In this document: positions 1 to 9,556 of the stretch, piece after piece | Numbering within the stretch: position 1 is the stretch's first letter | How the letters are laid out: each line of letters opens with the position of its first letter | Source of the DNA: an uncultured Candidatus Rokubacteria bacterium | GTDB taxonomy: Bacteria; Methylomirabilota; Methylomirabilia; Rokubacteriales; CSP1-6 | DNA length: 64,000 bases | Assembly: GCA_963789955.1 (NCBI GenBank) | Contig: CAWBMV010000006.1 | Span: 288,001-352,000, forward strand | Direction: 5' to 3' | Notes under the pieces: model-generated | The model's input: only the letters and a program-made list of their open reading frames with translations | What the model was told of the DNA's origin: nothing | Databases searched by the model: none | Made by a program: the position numbers and the translations under genes

Positions 1-633
1 CGCGACGCCTACCTGGCGCGCCTCGCCGACATCATGAAAGAGGAGTACGACGCGATCCACCGGGCCGGCTTCGTGCTGCAGATCGACTGTCCCGACCTCG
101 CGATGAGCCGCCACCTCGCGTTCCCCGAGGTCAGCAACGCCGAGTTCCTGAAGATCGCCGCGGCCAACATCGAGGCGCTCAACCACGCGCTGCGCGACAT
201 CCCGGCCGACCGCATGCGGCTGCACCTCTGCTGGGGCAACTACGAAGGGCCGCACCACCGCGACATCCCGCTGCGCGAGCTCCTGCCGGTCGCGCTGAAG
301 GCGAAGCCGCAGGCGCTGTCCTTCGAGGGCGCCAACCCGCGTCACGAGCACGAGTGGGTCGTGTTCCGCGAGATCCGCCTGCCGGACGACCGCGTGATCA
401 TTCCGGGCGTGCTGGACTCGACGACCAACTTCATCGAGCACCCGGAGCTGGTCGCCCAGCGCCTCGTCCGCTACGCGGAGATCGTCGGGCGCGAGCGCGT
501 GATCGCCGGCACCGATTGCGGCTTCGCGACGTTCGCGCGGACGGTCAACCAGGTCGAGCCCGAGATCACCTGGGCCAAGTTCAAGTCGATGGCCGAGGGC
601 GCGCGGCTGGCGTCGAAGCAGCTCTGGAAATAG
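1..633 (+). CDS. Cobalamin-independent methionine synthase II family (single-domain MetE-like) protein, 5'-partial
   Basis: Frame is open from base 1; motifs LQIDCPDLA, HLCWGN, FEGANPRHEHE, IIPGVLD and GTDCGF supply the Zn ligands His/Cys/Glu/Cys. Confidence 0.9.
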   Translation, partial: RDAYLARLADIMKEEYDAIHRAGFVLQIDCPDLAMSRHLAFPEVSNAEFLKIAAANIEALNHALRDIPADRMRLHLCWGNYEGPHHRDIPLRELLPVALKAKPQALSFEGANPRHEHEWVVFREIRLPDDRVIIPGVLDSTTNFIEHPELVAQRLVRYAEIVGRERVIAGTDCGFATFARTVNQVEPEITWAKFKSMAEGARLASKQLWK

Positions 634-635
634 CA

Positions 636-691
636 GTGCGAGCCGCAGGCCGTCGCGGGGCTGGGGCCCCGCCGGCCGAGGCGAGCCTATA
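636..691 (+). repeat. Interspersed GC-rich hairpin repeat, copy 1
   Basis: 53/56 identical to the reverse complement of 6898-6953; core hairpin GCGGGGC-TGGG-GCCCCGC flanked by GGCCG/CGGCC. Confidence 0.85.
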
Positions 692-704
692 ACTAGGAGG
701 GCCC

Positions 705-2453
705 ATGACCCCCGACGAGATCGACGTTCCCCACGCGCTCGTCCGCGTCCTCGAGGAGGCGGGCATCCAGTTCGTGTTCGGTATGCCGGGCGGCGACACG
801 GGCCGCATCTTCGACGCGCTCCACGACTCGCGCGAGATCCAGACGATCCTGGTCCGCCACGAGCAGGTCGGCTCGATCATGGCCGAGATGTACGGCCGGC
901 TCACCGGCAAGCCCGGCGTGGTCATGGGCCAGGGCATCTTCCTCGCGTGCAACGCGCTCTTCGGCTCGCTCGAGGCGGTGAAGGGCGCCTCGCCGATGCT
1001 GCTGCTGGGCGACTTCACCGACATGGCGCCCTTCATGCACCATTCGCCCTATCAGGCAGGTACCGGCGAGCACGGCAACCACGATCTGCGAAACCTTCTC
1101 GCGGGAGCGACCAAGTACACCGCGGCCGTCTCGGAGCCCAAGCAAGCCGTCCAGACACTGCAGCTCGCGATCAAGCACGCCACGACGGGCACGCCGGGGC
1201 CGGTGGCGGTCATCTTCGGTAGCCGATCGTTCGGTGGCACCGTGAAGACGCGCCGCCCGCCGCGGCTCCACGCGACCGCGCGCCACCTGGCGCACGGCTT
1301 CGTCCGGCCGGCGGCCGTCGACGTGGCGCGCGTCGCCGCCGCGCTCGCAGCCGCCGCGAATCCCGTGATCATTGCCGGCAACGGCGTCCACGCCTCGCGC
1401 GCCTGGGTGGACCTCGCCGAGCTGGCCGACCTCCTCAAGATTCCCGTGGCCACGACGGCAACCGGGAAGAGCGCCATCGCCGACGTGCATCCCGCTGGCG
1501 CTCGGCGTCTTCGGCAACTGGGGACAGACCGTCGCCAACGAGGTGGTCTCGACCGCCGATACCGTCCTCGTGGTCGGCTCGCGGATGGCGCCGACCGACA
1601 CCTGCTTCGAGAACCCGGAGCTGCTCGACGCCGACCGTCAGACGTTCCTGCAGATCGACGTCGAGCCGCTCAACATCGGCCGCCATTTCCCGGTGAAGGA
1701 CGCGATCGTGGCCGACGCGCGCGAGGCGCTGACGGCGCTCGTCGCCGAGCTCGGCTCGCGGATCACGCCGGCGCTCAGAGGCCGCGGGGCAGAAGCGCTT
1801 GGAGCATCTGGCCGAGCTCAAGACGCTGCATCGGTACTTCGCCGAGCCCGAGCAGCGCTCGGACGCGGTGCCGCTGCGTCCCGAGCGCGTGATCACCGAG
1901 CTCGCCCGCCGCCTCGACGACCGCGCGATCGTCACGATGGACGCCGGCGCCAATCGCCTCTACATGACCCACTACTTCCAGTGCAAAGGGCCCGGCACGG
2001 TGTATCAGCCGTCGTCGATCGGCGGCATGGGCTACGCGCTGCCGGCCGCGATGGGCGCCAAGCTCACGAGCCCGGAGCGCGACTGTGTGGCCGTCTGCGG
2101 CGACGGCGGCTTCGCGATGACGATGAACGCGCTCTTCACCGCCGCGCAGTACAAGATCCCGGTCGTGACCGTCGTGCTCAACAACAGCGTGCTCGGCTGG
2201 GTGAAGGACGGACAGCGCCGGCGCGGCAATCGGTTCATCGCCTCGGAGCTCGGGCGCAACGACTACGCGCGGATCGCCCAGGCCATGGGCTGTGTCGGCG
2301 TCCGCGTCGAAACGATCACGGAGCTCGTCGGCGAGCTCGACCGCGTCGATCGGCGCCAAGGAGCCGATCGTGCTCGACGTGGTCACGACCGAGGACGCGC
2401 CCTTCTGGCAGGTCCAGTCGCCGTTCGCCAAAGAGGGCGCGGGCGGCGAGTAA
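705..2453 (+). CDS. Thiamine-diphosphate-dependent enzyme (acetolactate synthase large subunit-like), split by several frameshifts
   Basis: N-terminal FGMPGG and VRHEQ motifs, central IIAGNG domain, C-terminal GDGGF...NNS ThDP motif in shifted frames; RBS AGGAGG; TAA at 2451-2453. Confidence 0.88.
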
Positions 2454-2455
2454 CC

Positions 2456-2910
2456 GTGCGCCACACGAAGAAGGAAGTCATCGCGCGCACCCGTCGCGAG
2501 TACGCGATCCTCGATCGTCTCGTCACGAGGCTGCGCCCCGCCGACTGGAAGCGGCGCGTGCCCCGCCCGCCGACGCGAGATCCGTGGACCGTGAAAGACG
2601 CGCTCGCCCACATCGTGTACTGGAAGGAGCACAGCGCCCGCGTGTTCCGGGGCGAGCGGCGGCTCCCGGAGATGCGCGGCCTCGACGTGAACGCGATCAA
2701 CCGCCTGATCTACCGCCGGTGGCGCGCCCGGCGACCCGCGGAGCTGGTGGCGTGGCATCGCCGGGTCCAGCGCGACGTGCTGAAGACGCTCGCGGCGAAT
2801 CCTCCGGAGTGGTTCTCGCGGCGCGAGCGCTCGCCCAGGTGGCCGCTCGACTTCGACGCGCACTCCGCGGACCACCGGACGGGCGACATCGAGGCTGGGT
2901 TGGCGCCGGT
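2456..2910 (+). CDS. DinB/ClbS-DfsB-like four-helix-bundle protein (3' end uncertain, no nearby stop)
   Basis: GTG right after the upstream stop; WTVKDALAHIVYW motif and C-terminal HSADH. Confidence 0.6.
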
Positions 2911-3010
2911 CAGCCCAGGACGCCGTGCAGGCCACGGTCGAGCGCTCGCGGGGGAAGGGACGGCGACGCGGAACGGTTCGGGCGATCGCCGTCATGGGGG
3001 CCGGGCAGGC

Positions 3011-3853
3011 TCAGTGCATCACACCGCCGCCGGTCACGTTGATCGACTGACCGGTGATGTACTCGGCGGCATCGCCCGCCAGGAACGCGGCGACCTCGGC
3101 GACGTCGCTCGGTCGGGCGATGCGGCCGAGCGGCGTCCCCGCGGCGACGTTCTTGATGCGCTCCTCGCGCTGCTTCTGGTCATAGCTGCCGTCCGGCCGC
3201 AGCCCCATGTGATCCAGACGTTCGGTCTCGGCGGCGCTCGGGCAGATCGCGTTGACCGTGATCCCCGCGGGCGCCAGCTCCTGCGCCAGCGACTGCGTGA
3301 ACCCGATGATCCCGAACTTCGACGCGCAGTACGCCGCGCGGAGCGCGCCGCCCTTCTTGCCCCACTGCGACGACATGCTGATGATGCGCCCGCGCACGCG
3401 ACCTGCGAGCATGGTGCGCGCGACCGCCTGAGAGGTGATGAACGTGCCTTTGAGGTTCGTGTCGAGGACGGTGTCCCACTGATCTTCGGGCAGGTCGACG
3501 ACCGGCGTCTTGTCGAGGCTGCCCGGCGCGCCGGCGTTGTTCACGAGGACGTCGATGCGCCCGAACTCGCCGAGCGCCTCCGAGACCACCTTCGCCATCT
3601 CGCTGGCCGATCGAACGTCCGCCAGCGCGGTCATCACCCGGCGGCCGCGCTTCCGGATCTCGTCCGCGACCGCTTCGATGCCGCCCCAGGCGCCCGGCTT
3701 CAACGTGGACGACACGCGCAGCCCGGTCGAGATCACGTCGGTCAGGATGAGATCGGCGCCTTCGTCGGCGAACCGCTGAGCGATGGCCCGGCCGAGCCCG
3801 TGCTCGCCGCCGGCACCGGTGACCATCGCGATCTTGCCCTCGAGCCGTCCCAT
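3011..3853 (-). CDS. SDR family NAD(P)-dependent oxidoreductase
   Basis: VTGAGGEHGLG, LVNNAG, YCASK and YITGQSINVTGG motifs. Confidence 0.92.
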   Translation of the reverse strand: MGRLEGKIAMVTGAGGEHGLGRAIAQRFADEGADLILTDVISTGLRVSSTLKPGAWGGIEAVADEIRKRGRRVMTALADVRSASEMAKVVSEALGEFGRIDVLVNNAGAPGSLDKTPVVDLPEDQWDTVLDTNLKGTFITSQAVARTMLAGRVRGRIISMSSQWGKKGGALRAAYCASKFGIIGFTQSLAQELAPAGITVNAICPSAAETERLDHMGLRPDGSYDQKQREERIKNVAAGTPLGRIARPSDVAEVAAFLAGDAAEYITGQSINVTGGGVMH

Positions 3854-3890
3854 ACTTGGTCCTCCCATCTTTCGTCGCGCCTGCTACCGT

Positions 3891-3940
3891 CGCGCCTCGG
3901 CCGCCGGGGCTCAAGCCTCGCGACCGTCTGCGGCGCGAAC
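3891..3940 (-). repeat. Interspersed hairpin repeat, degenerate copy 3
   Basis: 42/50 identical to 6904-6953 by manual alignment; sense-oriented upstream of the SDR gene. Confidence 0.7.
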
Positions 3941-3969
3941 TGCTTGCTATCATTGATCACGTCAGCTGA

Positions 3970-5076
3970 TCACGCCGGCGCGGTCAGAAAACGCTCCGGT
4001 CGGAACGGCGCCAGAGTCGAGCTGGGCTTGTCACGGACGATCTCGTCCGCCATCAGGCGTCCGAGCAGCGGGCCCAGGGTGATCCCGCTGTGCGTCGCGA
4101 TCAGCCAGGCGTTGGCGAATCCCGGGATCCGTCCCGCGATCGTGTGGCGATCGCCCGGCATGGGCCGCACGCCGATGCGGCTGTCGACGATCCGCAGCTG
4201 GCGCGCGGCCGGAAACACGCGCGCCGCGCGCTCGAGCAGCAGCGCTGACAAGGACACCGGCGAGCCTGAGTTCGCCGCGAGCGTGTCGACGTCCTCGGCG
4301 CCCAGCAAGAGCCCGCCGCCGGCATCCGGCCGCACGTGAATGCCCGGCGCGTGCACGACCCGGCCGAGTGGCACCGAGGGGCGAGAGGTGACGGCGAGCA
4401 GGCCCGGCACCTGGCCGACCGGGATGGTGACGCCGAGCGGCGTGAGAAACGCTTGGGTCGCCGGGCCGACGCAGACCAGAACCGAGCGAGCGGCCATCTC
4501 GCCGTCATCGACGACGAGCGCCTCGATGCGATCGCCGCGCCTGCGGAACGATCGGACGGCTTTCCCGTCCCTGACGTCGGCGCCGCGCGCCGAGGCGGCG
4601 GCCAGCAGTCGTCCGATCAGTCGCGGGGCGTCGAGCCACGCGTCGGCGGCGAAAAACGCGACCTCCCGGACCTTCTCGGGGACGGCGAGGCCGGGCTCGA
4701 GCTCCGTCGCGCGCTCGCGGCTGATCCACTCGGCTGGATATCCGCGCGCCGCCAGCCGATGGACGCGCTCGCGCAGCTCGCGCTCGGCGTCGCCCGCGTC
4801 CGCCCATTCGAGCGAGCCGCCGGCGTGGTAGCCGGCGTCACCGCCGAGCTCGCGCGACAGCTCGCGGTGAGCCGTCATCCCGGCGGCGTTGAGCCGATGA
4901 TAGACGTCGGGCTCTTTCCTCACCGAGTTGAGCCACGCGAAGGAGGTTCCGCTCGTCCCGCCACCCGGCGCTCCGGCGTCGAGCGCCAGCACGCGCGCGC
5001 CCGCCCAGGCGGCGGCGTACACGGCCGAGGCGCCCACGATCCCGAGTCCGACGACCGCGACGTCGTAGTGGTTCAT
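3970..5076 (-). CDS. FAD-dependent oxidoreductase (DAO/glycine oxidase family)
   Basis: GLGIVG dinucleotide motif, GTSGTSFAW, GVRPMPGD and HSGITLGP. Confidence 0.9.
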   Translation of the reverse strand: MNHYDVAVVGLGIVGASAVYAAAWAGARVLALDAGAPGGGTSGTSFAWLNSVRKEPDVYHRLNAAGMTAHRELSRELGGDAGYHAGGSLEWADAGDAERELRERVHRLAARGYPAEWISRERATELEPGLAVPEKVREVAFFAADAWLDAPRLIGRLLAAASARGADVRDGKAVRSFRRRGDRIEALVVDDGEMAARSVLVCVGPATQAFLTPLGVTIPVGQVPGLLAVTSRPSVPLGRVVHAPGIHVRPDAGGGLLLGAEDVDTLAANSGSPVSLSALLLERAARVFPAARQLRIVDSRIGVRPMPGDRHTIAGRIPGFANAWLIATHSGITLGPLLGRLMADEIVRDKPSSTLAPFRPERFLTAPA

Positions 5077-5199
5077 CGGCCACCTCCCGGCGGGGCTGGT
5101 TCTTCATCGCCCGCGCATTATAGGAGTCCGCGGCCGCCGGCGACACGGTCGATCGCGCGCGGCTCACGCCGGCCATGCGCTGACCGCCTCGGGCGGGAA

Positions 5200-5300
5200 A
5201 TAGAGCCGGCGCGATCGACCTCGAGCGACGCGCAGTCCACCGCCTGGACCGCGCCGTACGATTTGCTCACACCTTCGAGCCGAAGGACGGTGTCGCTCAT
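5200..5300 (-). pseudogene. 5' remnant of an ABC transporter ATP-binding gene
   Basis: MSDTVLRLEGVSKSYGAVQAVDCASLEVDR resembles an ABC ATPase N-terminus but similarity ends before Walker A. Confidence 0.5.
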
Positions 5301-5452
5301 CGTTCGCGTAAGATAGTCGCGCTCGGGGGCCGGGTCAATCCAGCGAGCCCCGAAGGAGGATGTCAGGGTGCCGGGCCTCACGCTCTTGCAGATCGACGCC
5401 GAAGAGCAGCTGCCCGAGCTCATCAAGACCCAGGACATCTCGCGCCAGCTGA

Positions 5453-6893
5453 TCAGGTAGCGGAGGTCGCCGCCTCGATCTTGGTGCCTCCGCGCAGGAA
5501 CGACGCGAAGAGCGCGAACGCCATCAGCGCCAGGCACGCGAAGTAGGCGACGTTCATCGCCGCCACAAATGCGCGGGGCTGCGCGGGGCTCGGCGTGGCA
5601 TCGGCGATCCCCGAGTAGTAGCGGAATGCGAGCGTCAGCAGCACGCCGCCCAGCGAGATGCCGAGCAGGGCGGAGATTCCGAAGATCGTCTGCACCATGC
5701 CGGTGGCGAAGCCCCGATACTCCCGCGGCACCGACCCGATGATCGCCGTCTGATTCGGTGTGTTGAAGAACCCCGAGCCGACTCCGAGCAGGGCCATCAT
5801 GAGCGCCGGCATGATCCAGTGCGAGTCGACGCGCAGGAACAGCCCGATGGCAAACGCGCCCATCGTCGCCAGGACGCCGATCGAGGCGGGAATGCGCGGC
5901 CCGATCCGATCGGTGAGCCGGCCGCTGACCGCCGCGAGCCCGATCGTGAACACCGGCGCTGCCAGGAAGATCAGCCCCATGAACGACGGCGAGAAACCCA
6001 GCACGTCCTGGATGTAGAACGGCATCAGGAAGCTCATCACGCTGATCGTGGTGGCGATGAGCAGGAGGCTCAGCACGCTGAACGTGAACATGCGGATCCT
6101 GAACAGCGCGAGGTTCACCACCGGGCTCGCCGCTCGTCGCTCGTGCGCGATGAACCCGACCAGGATGCCGCCGAACACCAGAGCCACGACACCCGCGCGC
6201 TCGGCGCCGAGCGTCTCGACGCTGCGCCGGTCGAGCAGGAGGGTCAGCAAGACGGTCAGGGCGATCAGCAGCGCCGCGCCGAGATAGTCGATCGACGGCG
6301 CCCGGCCGGCCGGCGCCGGCACGCGGCGCCCCCGCGCGCGCAGCACCGTCAGGACGACACCGGTCATTCCCATGCGGCACCATGAGGAAGAAGATCCAGC
6401 GCCAGTCGAACAGATCGATGATGAAGCCGCCGAGCGGGGGCCCCACGAGCAGACCGGAGTGAAAGCCCATCGTCATGTAGCTGTTGGCGCGCCCCTCGGC
6501 GCCCTCCGGCATCGCCTCCATCGCCAGCACGCGCGTGGCCGAGGCGATCATCGCCGCGCCCAGCCCCTGGATCAGGCGAAACACGATCAGCGAGAACGCG
6601 TTCGGCGCGAAGCCGCAGAGCACGAAGCTGACGGTCATGATCGCGAAGCCCGTGCCGTAGATCGTGTACCGGCCGTGGATGTCGCCGAGCCGCCCGAAGA
6701 CGACCGAGAGACTGATCCCCGCGAGCTGATACACGATGAGCGCCCACGAGATCGCGATGATGTCGGTGTGGAGCGCGCCGGCGAGCGTCGGCAGCGAGAC
6801 GATGAAGATCCGCGTGGCGACGCCGGTGAGGAACTGGCCCATGATCGCGTTCGCGAGGAGGAGCCGGTCCGTACGAGCGATCACACGGGACAT
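5453..6893 (-). CDS. MFS transporter (DHA2/EmrB-like), one frameshift near 6373
   Basis: GRLGDIHGR and GRLTDRIGPR MFS motif A in both halves; many hydrophobic helices. Confidence 0.9.
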
Positions 6894-6897
6894 TGTC

Positions 6898-6953
6898 TAT
6901 AGGCGCGCCTCGGCCGGCGGGGCCCCAGCCCCGCGACGGCCTGCAGCGCGCAC
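6898..6953 (-). repeat. Interspersed hairpin repeat, copy 2
   Basis: Reverse complement matches 636-691 at 53/56; ends 4 nt before the MFS ATG. Confidence 0.85.
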
Positions 6954-7000
6954 CACAATACCAGCCCGGCCCCGAGCGGTTGGCGTAAGATTGCCGGGCC

Positions 7001-7242
7001 ATGAGCGAAGAGACTCTCAAGAAGCTCGCGATGCAGGTACGCAACTGGGGCCGCTGGGGGCCGAGCGACGAGATCGGCACTTTGAACTTCATCACGCCGG
7101 ACACGATCGCGAGATCTTCTTCCTCGAAGCGCGGGCGGCCGACTGCGCCGCCGACGGGCGCTACGAGTTTCTGCTGGTGGCCCCGCCGCTGCCGGTCACG
7201 CGCGGCGTCGGGACGCCGATCAACCCGTACGCGATCAAGTGA
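7001..7242 (+). pseudogene. Cyclase (kynurenine formamidase-like) family gene with a large internal deletion
   Basis: N-terminus NWGRWGPSDEIGTLNFITP is joined out of frame near 7110 to C-terminus EIFFLE...YEFLLVAPPLPVTRGVGTPINPYAIK; both ends match the paralog at 59090-60047. Confidence 0.8.
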
Positions 7243-7255
7243 GTAGGGCAGCGCC

Positions 7256-8344
7256 GTGCTGATCCGCGAGGTCGCCGCGAGTCACTACGCGATCCCGTTG
7301 CCGGTGGCCCTCTCCGACAGCACGCACGGGACCATCAAGGGATTCGAGCTCGTGACCGCACGCGTGCGCGACGCGCAGGGCGCCGAGGGCACGGGCTACA
7401 CCTACACGGTGGGCGCGGGCGGAGCCGCGGTGCACGCCCTGGTGGCGCGCGACCTGGCGCCGCTGCTGATCGGGCGCGACGCCGACCTGATCGAGAGCCA
7501 CTGGCAGGCGATGTGGTGGGCGCTCCACTACGGCGGTCGCGGCGGCGCGCAGGCGCTCGCGATGTCGGCCGTCGACATCGCGCTCTGGGATCTTCGCGCG
7601 CGCCGGCAGGGCGCGCCGCTCTGGCGTGTGCTCGGCGGCTTCGATCCGCGCGTACCGTGCTACGCCGGCGGGATCGACCTCGACTTCCCGCTCGACGCGC
7701 TGCTTCGCCAGACCGACGAGAACCTGGCCCGCGGCTTCCGCGCGATCAAGATGAAGGTCGGGCGCCCGTCGCTGCACGACGACGTCGAGCGGGTGCGCGC
7801 CATGCGGCGCCACCTCGGTCCCGACTTTCCGCTGATGGTCGACGCCAACATGCGCTGGAGCGTCGACGAGGCGATCCGCGCCGCCCGCGCGCTCGTCGAG
7901 CTCCACCCGGTGTGGCTCGAGGAGCCGACCATCCCCGACGACGTGCCCGGCCACGCACGGATCGTGCGCGAGGGCGGGCTGCCGATCGCCGCCGGCGAGA
8001 ACCTCCACACGCTCTACGAGTTTCGCCAGCTCATCGCGGCCGGTGGCGTGACGTTCCCGGAGCCCGACGTGACGAACTGCGGCGGCGTCACCGCGTTCAT
8101 GAAGATCTGTCACCTGGCGGAGGCGTTCAATCTGCCGGTGACGTCGCACGGCGCGCACGACGTCACGGTGCATCTGCTGGCGGCGGCGCCCAACCGCTCG
8201 TACCTCGAAGCTCACGGCTTCGGTCTCGACCGGTTCATCGCCGAGCCGCTCCGGATCGAGACCGGGCTCGCGATCGCGCCGGATCGCCCGGGCCACGGCA
8301 TCGAGTTCGACTGGAAGGCGCTCGACGCGGTCCGGGCGGTCTAG
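7256..8344 (+). CDS. Mandelate racemase/muconate lactonizing enzyme family (enolase superfamily)
   Basis: SAVDIALWDL, KMKVG, MVDAN, WLEEP, AGEN and PGHGIEFD motifs. Confidence 0.92.
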   Translation: MLIREVAASHYAIPLPVALSDSTHGTIKGFELVTARVRDAQGAEGTGYTYTVGAGGAAVHALVARDLAPLLIGRDADLIESHWQAMWWALHYGGRGGAQALAMSAVDIALWDLRARRQGAPLWRVLGGFDPRVPCYAGGIDLDFPLDALLRQTDENLARGFRAIKMKVGRPSLHDDVERVRAMRRHLGPDFPLMVDANMRWSVDEAIRAARALVELHPVWLEEPTIPDDVPGHARIVREGGLPIAAGENLHTLYEFRQLIAAGGVTFPEPDVTNCGGVTAFMKICHLAEAFNLPVTSHGAHDVTVHLLAAAPNRSYLEAHGFGLDRFIAEPLRIETGLAIAPDRPGHGIEFDWKALDAVRAV

Positions 8345-8346
8345 CG

Positions 8347-9411
8347 GTGACGCCACGCAACGCGCTTCCCGTGCTGCCGACGACCGTGGTCGGCAGCTTT
8401 CCGCAGCCCGAGTGGCTCGTCTACCGTGACGCGCTGCTGTCGGGCGGCGTGCCGCGGGTGCCGCGCCCGACGCTCTGGCGCGTGCCGGAAGAGCTCCGCG
8501 ATCAGGCCCACGACGACGCGACCCGGCTGGTCGTCCGCGACCTGGAGCGCGCCGGCGTCGACATCGTCAGCGACGGCGAGGTCCGCCGCGAGAGCTACTT
8601 CAGCTGGCTCGCGCCGGCGCTGACGGGGCTCGACGTCGCCAAGCCCGGCACCGCCACGAGCCGCACGGGGCGGCCGACACCGGTGCCGAGAGCGGTGGGC
8701 CCGATCACACGACCGAAGCCCGTGCTCGCGCGCCACACGGCGTTCCTGCGCGGCGAGACCAGCCACCCGATCAAGATCACCGTGCCCGGGCCGTTCACCC
8801 TGACCGCGCTCACCCAGAACGAGTACTACCCGGACGCGCCGAGCCTGGCGATGGCGTACGCCGCGGTCGTCAACGCCGAGCTGCGCGATCTCAAAGCGGC
8901 CGGCGCCGATTTCGTCCAGCTGGACGAGCCGTACCTGCAAGCGTGGCCCGATCTGGCGCGCGAGTTCGGCGTGGCCGTGATCGACCGGGCGCTCGAGGGG
9001 ATCGACGGACCGACGGTCATCCATCTCTGCTTCGGTTACGCCCACACGGTTCGCGACAAGCCGAGCGGCTACTCCTATCTGCCCGAGCTCGAGCGATGCC
9101 GCGCCACGCACGTCTCGATCGAGGCCGCGCAGCCCCGGCTGGACTGCGCCATCCTTCGAGCGCTGCCGTCCAAGACGATCATCCTGGGCGTCCTCGACCT
9201 CGGCGACGCCACGGTCGAGACGCGGGAGGTCGTGGCGGGCCGGATCAGGTCGGCGCTGGCACACGTGCCGCCCGAGCGCCTGGTGCCGGCGCCGGACTGC
9301 GGCATGAAATATCTGCCGCGGGAGCGCGCCATCGGCAAGCTGGAGGCGCTCGCGGCCGGGGCGCGCCTCGTCCGGGCCGAGGTCGCCGCGGGAGCGCGAC
9401 CGCGCGCCTGA
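8347..9411 (+). CDS. Single-domain MetE-like (methionine synthase II family) protein
   Basis: PTTVVGSFPQP, DGEVRRESY, VQLDEP, HLCFG and PAPDCGMK motifs. Confidence 0.88.
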   Translation: MTPRNALPVLPTTVVGSFPQPEWLVYRDALLSGGVPRVPRPTLWRVPEELRDQAHDDATRLVVRDLERAGVDIVSDGEVRRESYFSWLAPALTGLDVAKPGTATSRTGRPTPVPRAVGPITRPKPVLARHTAFLRGETSHPIKITVPGPFTLTALTQNEYYPDAPSLAMAYAAVVNAELRDLKAAGADFVQLDEPYLQAWPDLAREFGVAVIDRALEGIDGPTVIHLCFGYAHTVRDKPSGYSYLPELERCRATHVSIEAAQPRLDCAILRALPSKTIILGVLDLGDATVETREVVAGRIRSALAHVPPERLVPAPDCGMKYLPRERAIGKLEALAAGARLVRAEVAAGARPRA

Positions 9412-9414
9412 GCG

Positions 9415-9468
9415 GGCGGCGCTCGAGGCGCGGGCGATCCGCGTCGTCCGGCCTCGACCGCGCGCCGC
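9415..9468. other. Long interrupted GC hairpin downstream of the MetE-like gene
   Basis: Nested arms GCGGCGC/GCGCCGC, TCGAGG/CCTCGA and CGCGG/CCGCG; no immediate U-tract. Confidence 0.4.
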
Positions 9469-9556
9469 GTGGTGGTCTTTTCTGCCGAGTTCTGCTATCG
9501 TCCGGAAGCCTCAAAATCCGCAAGGACAGTGACCGTCAACGGCCGAGGAGGCAGGG

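Noticed and set aside
1799..4339. 846-aa ORF as a novel fusion protein
   Set aside because: It is a chimera of the ThDP enzyme C-terminus, the DinB-like gene and the antisense shadow of the SDR and DAO genes
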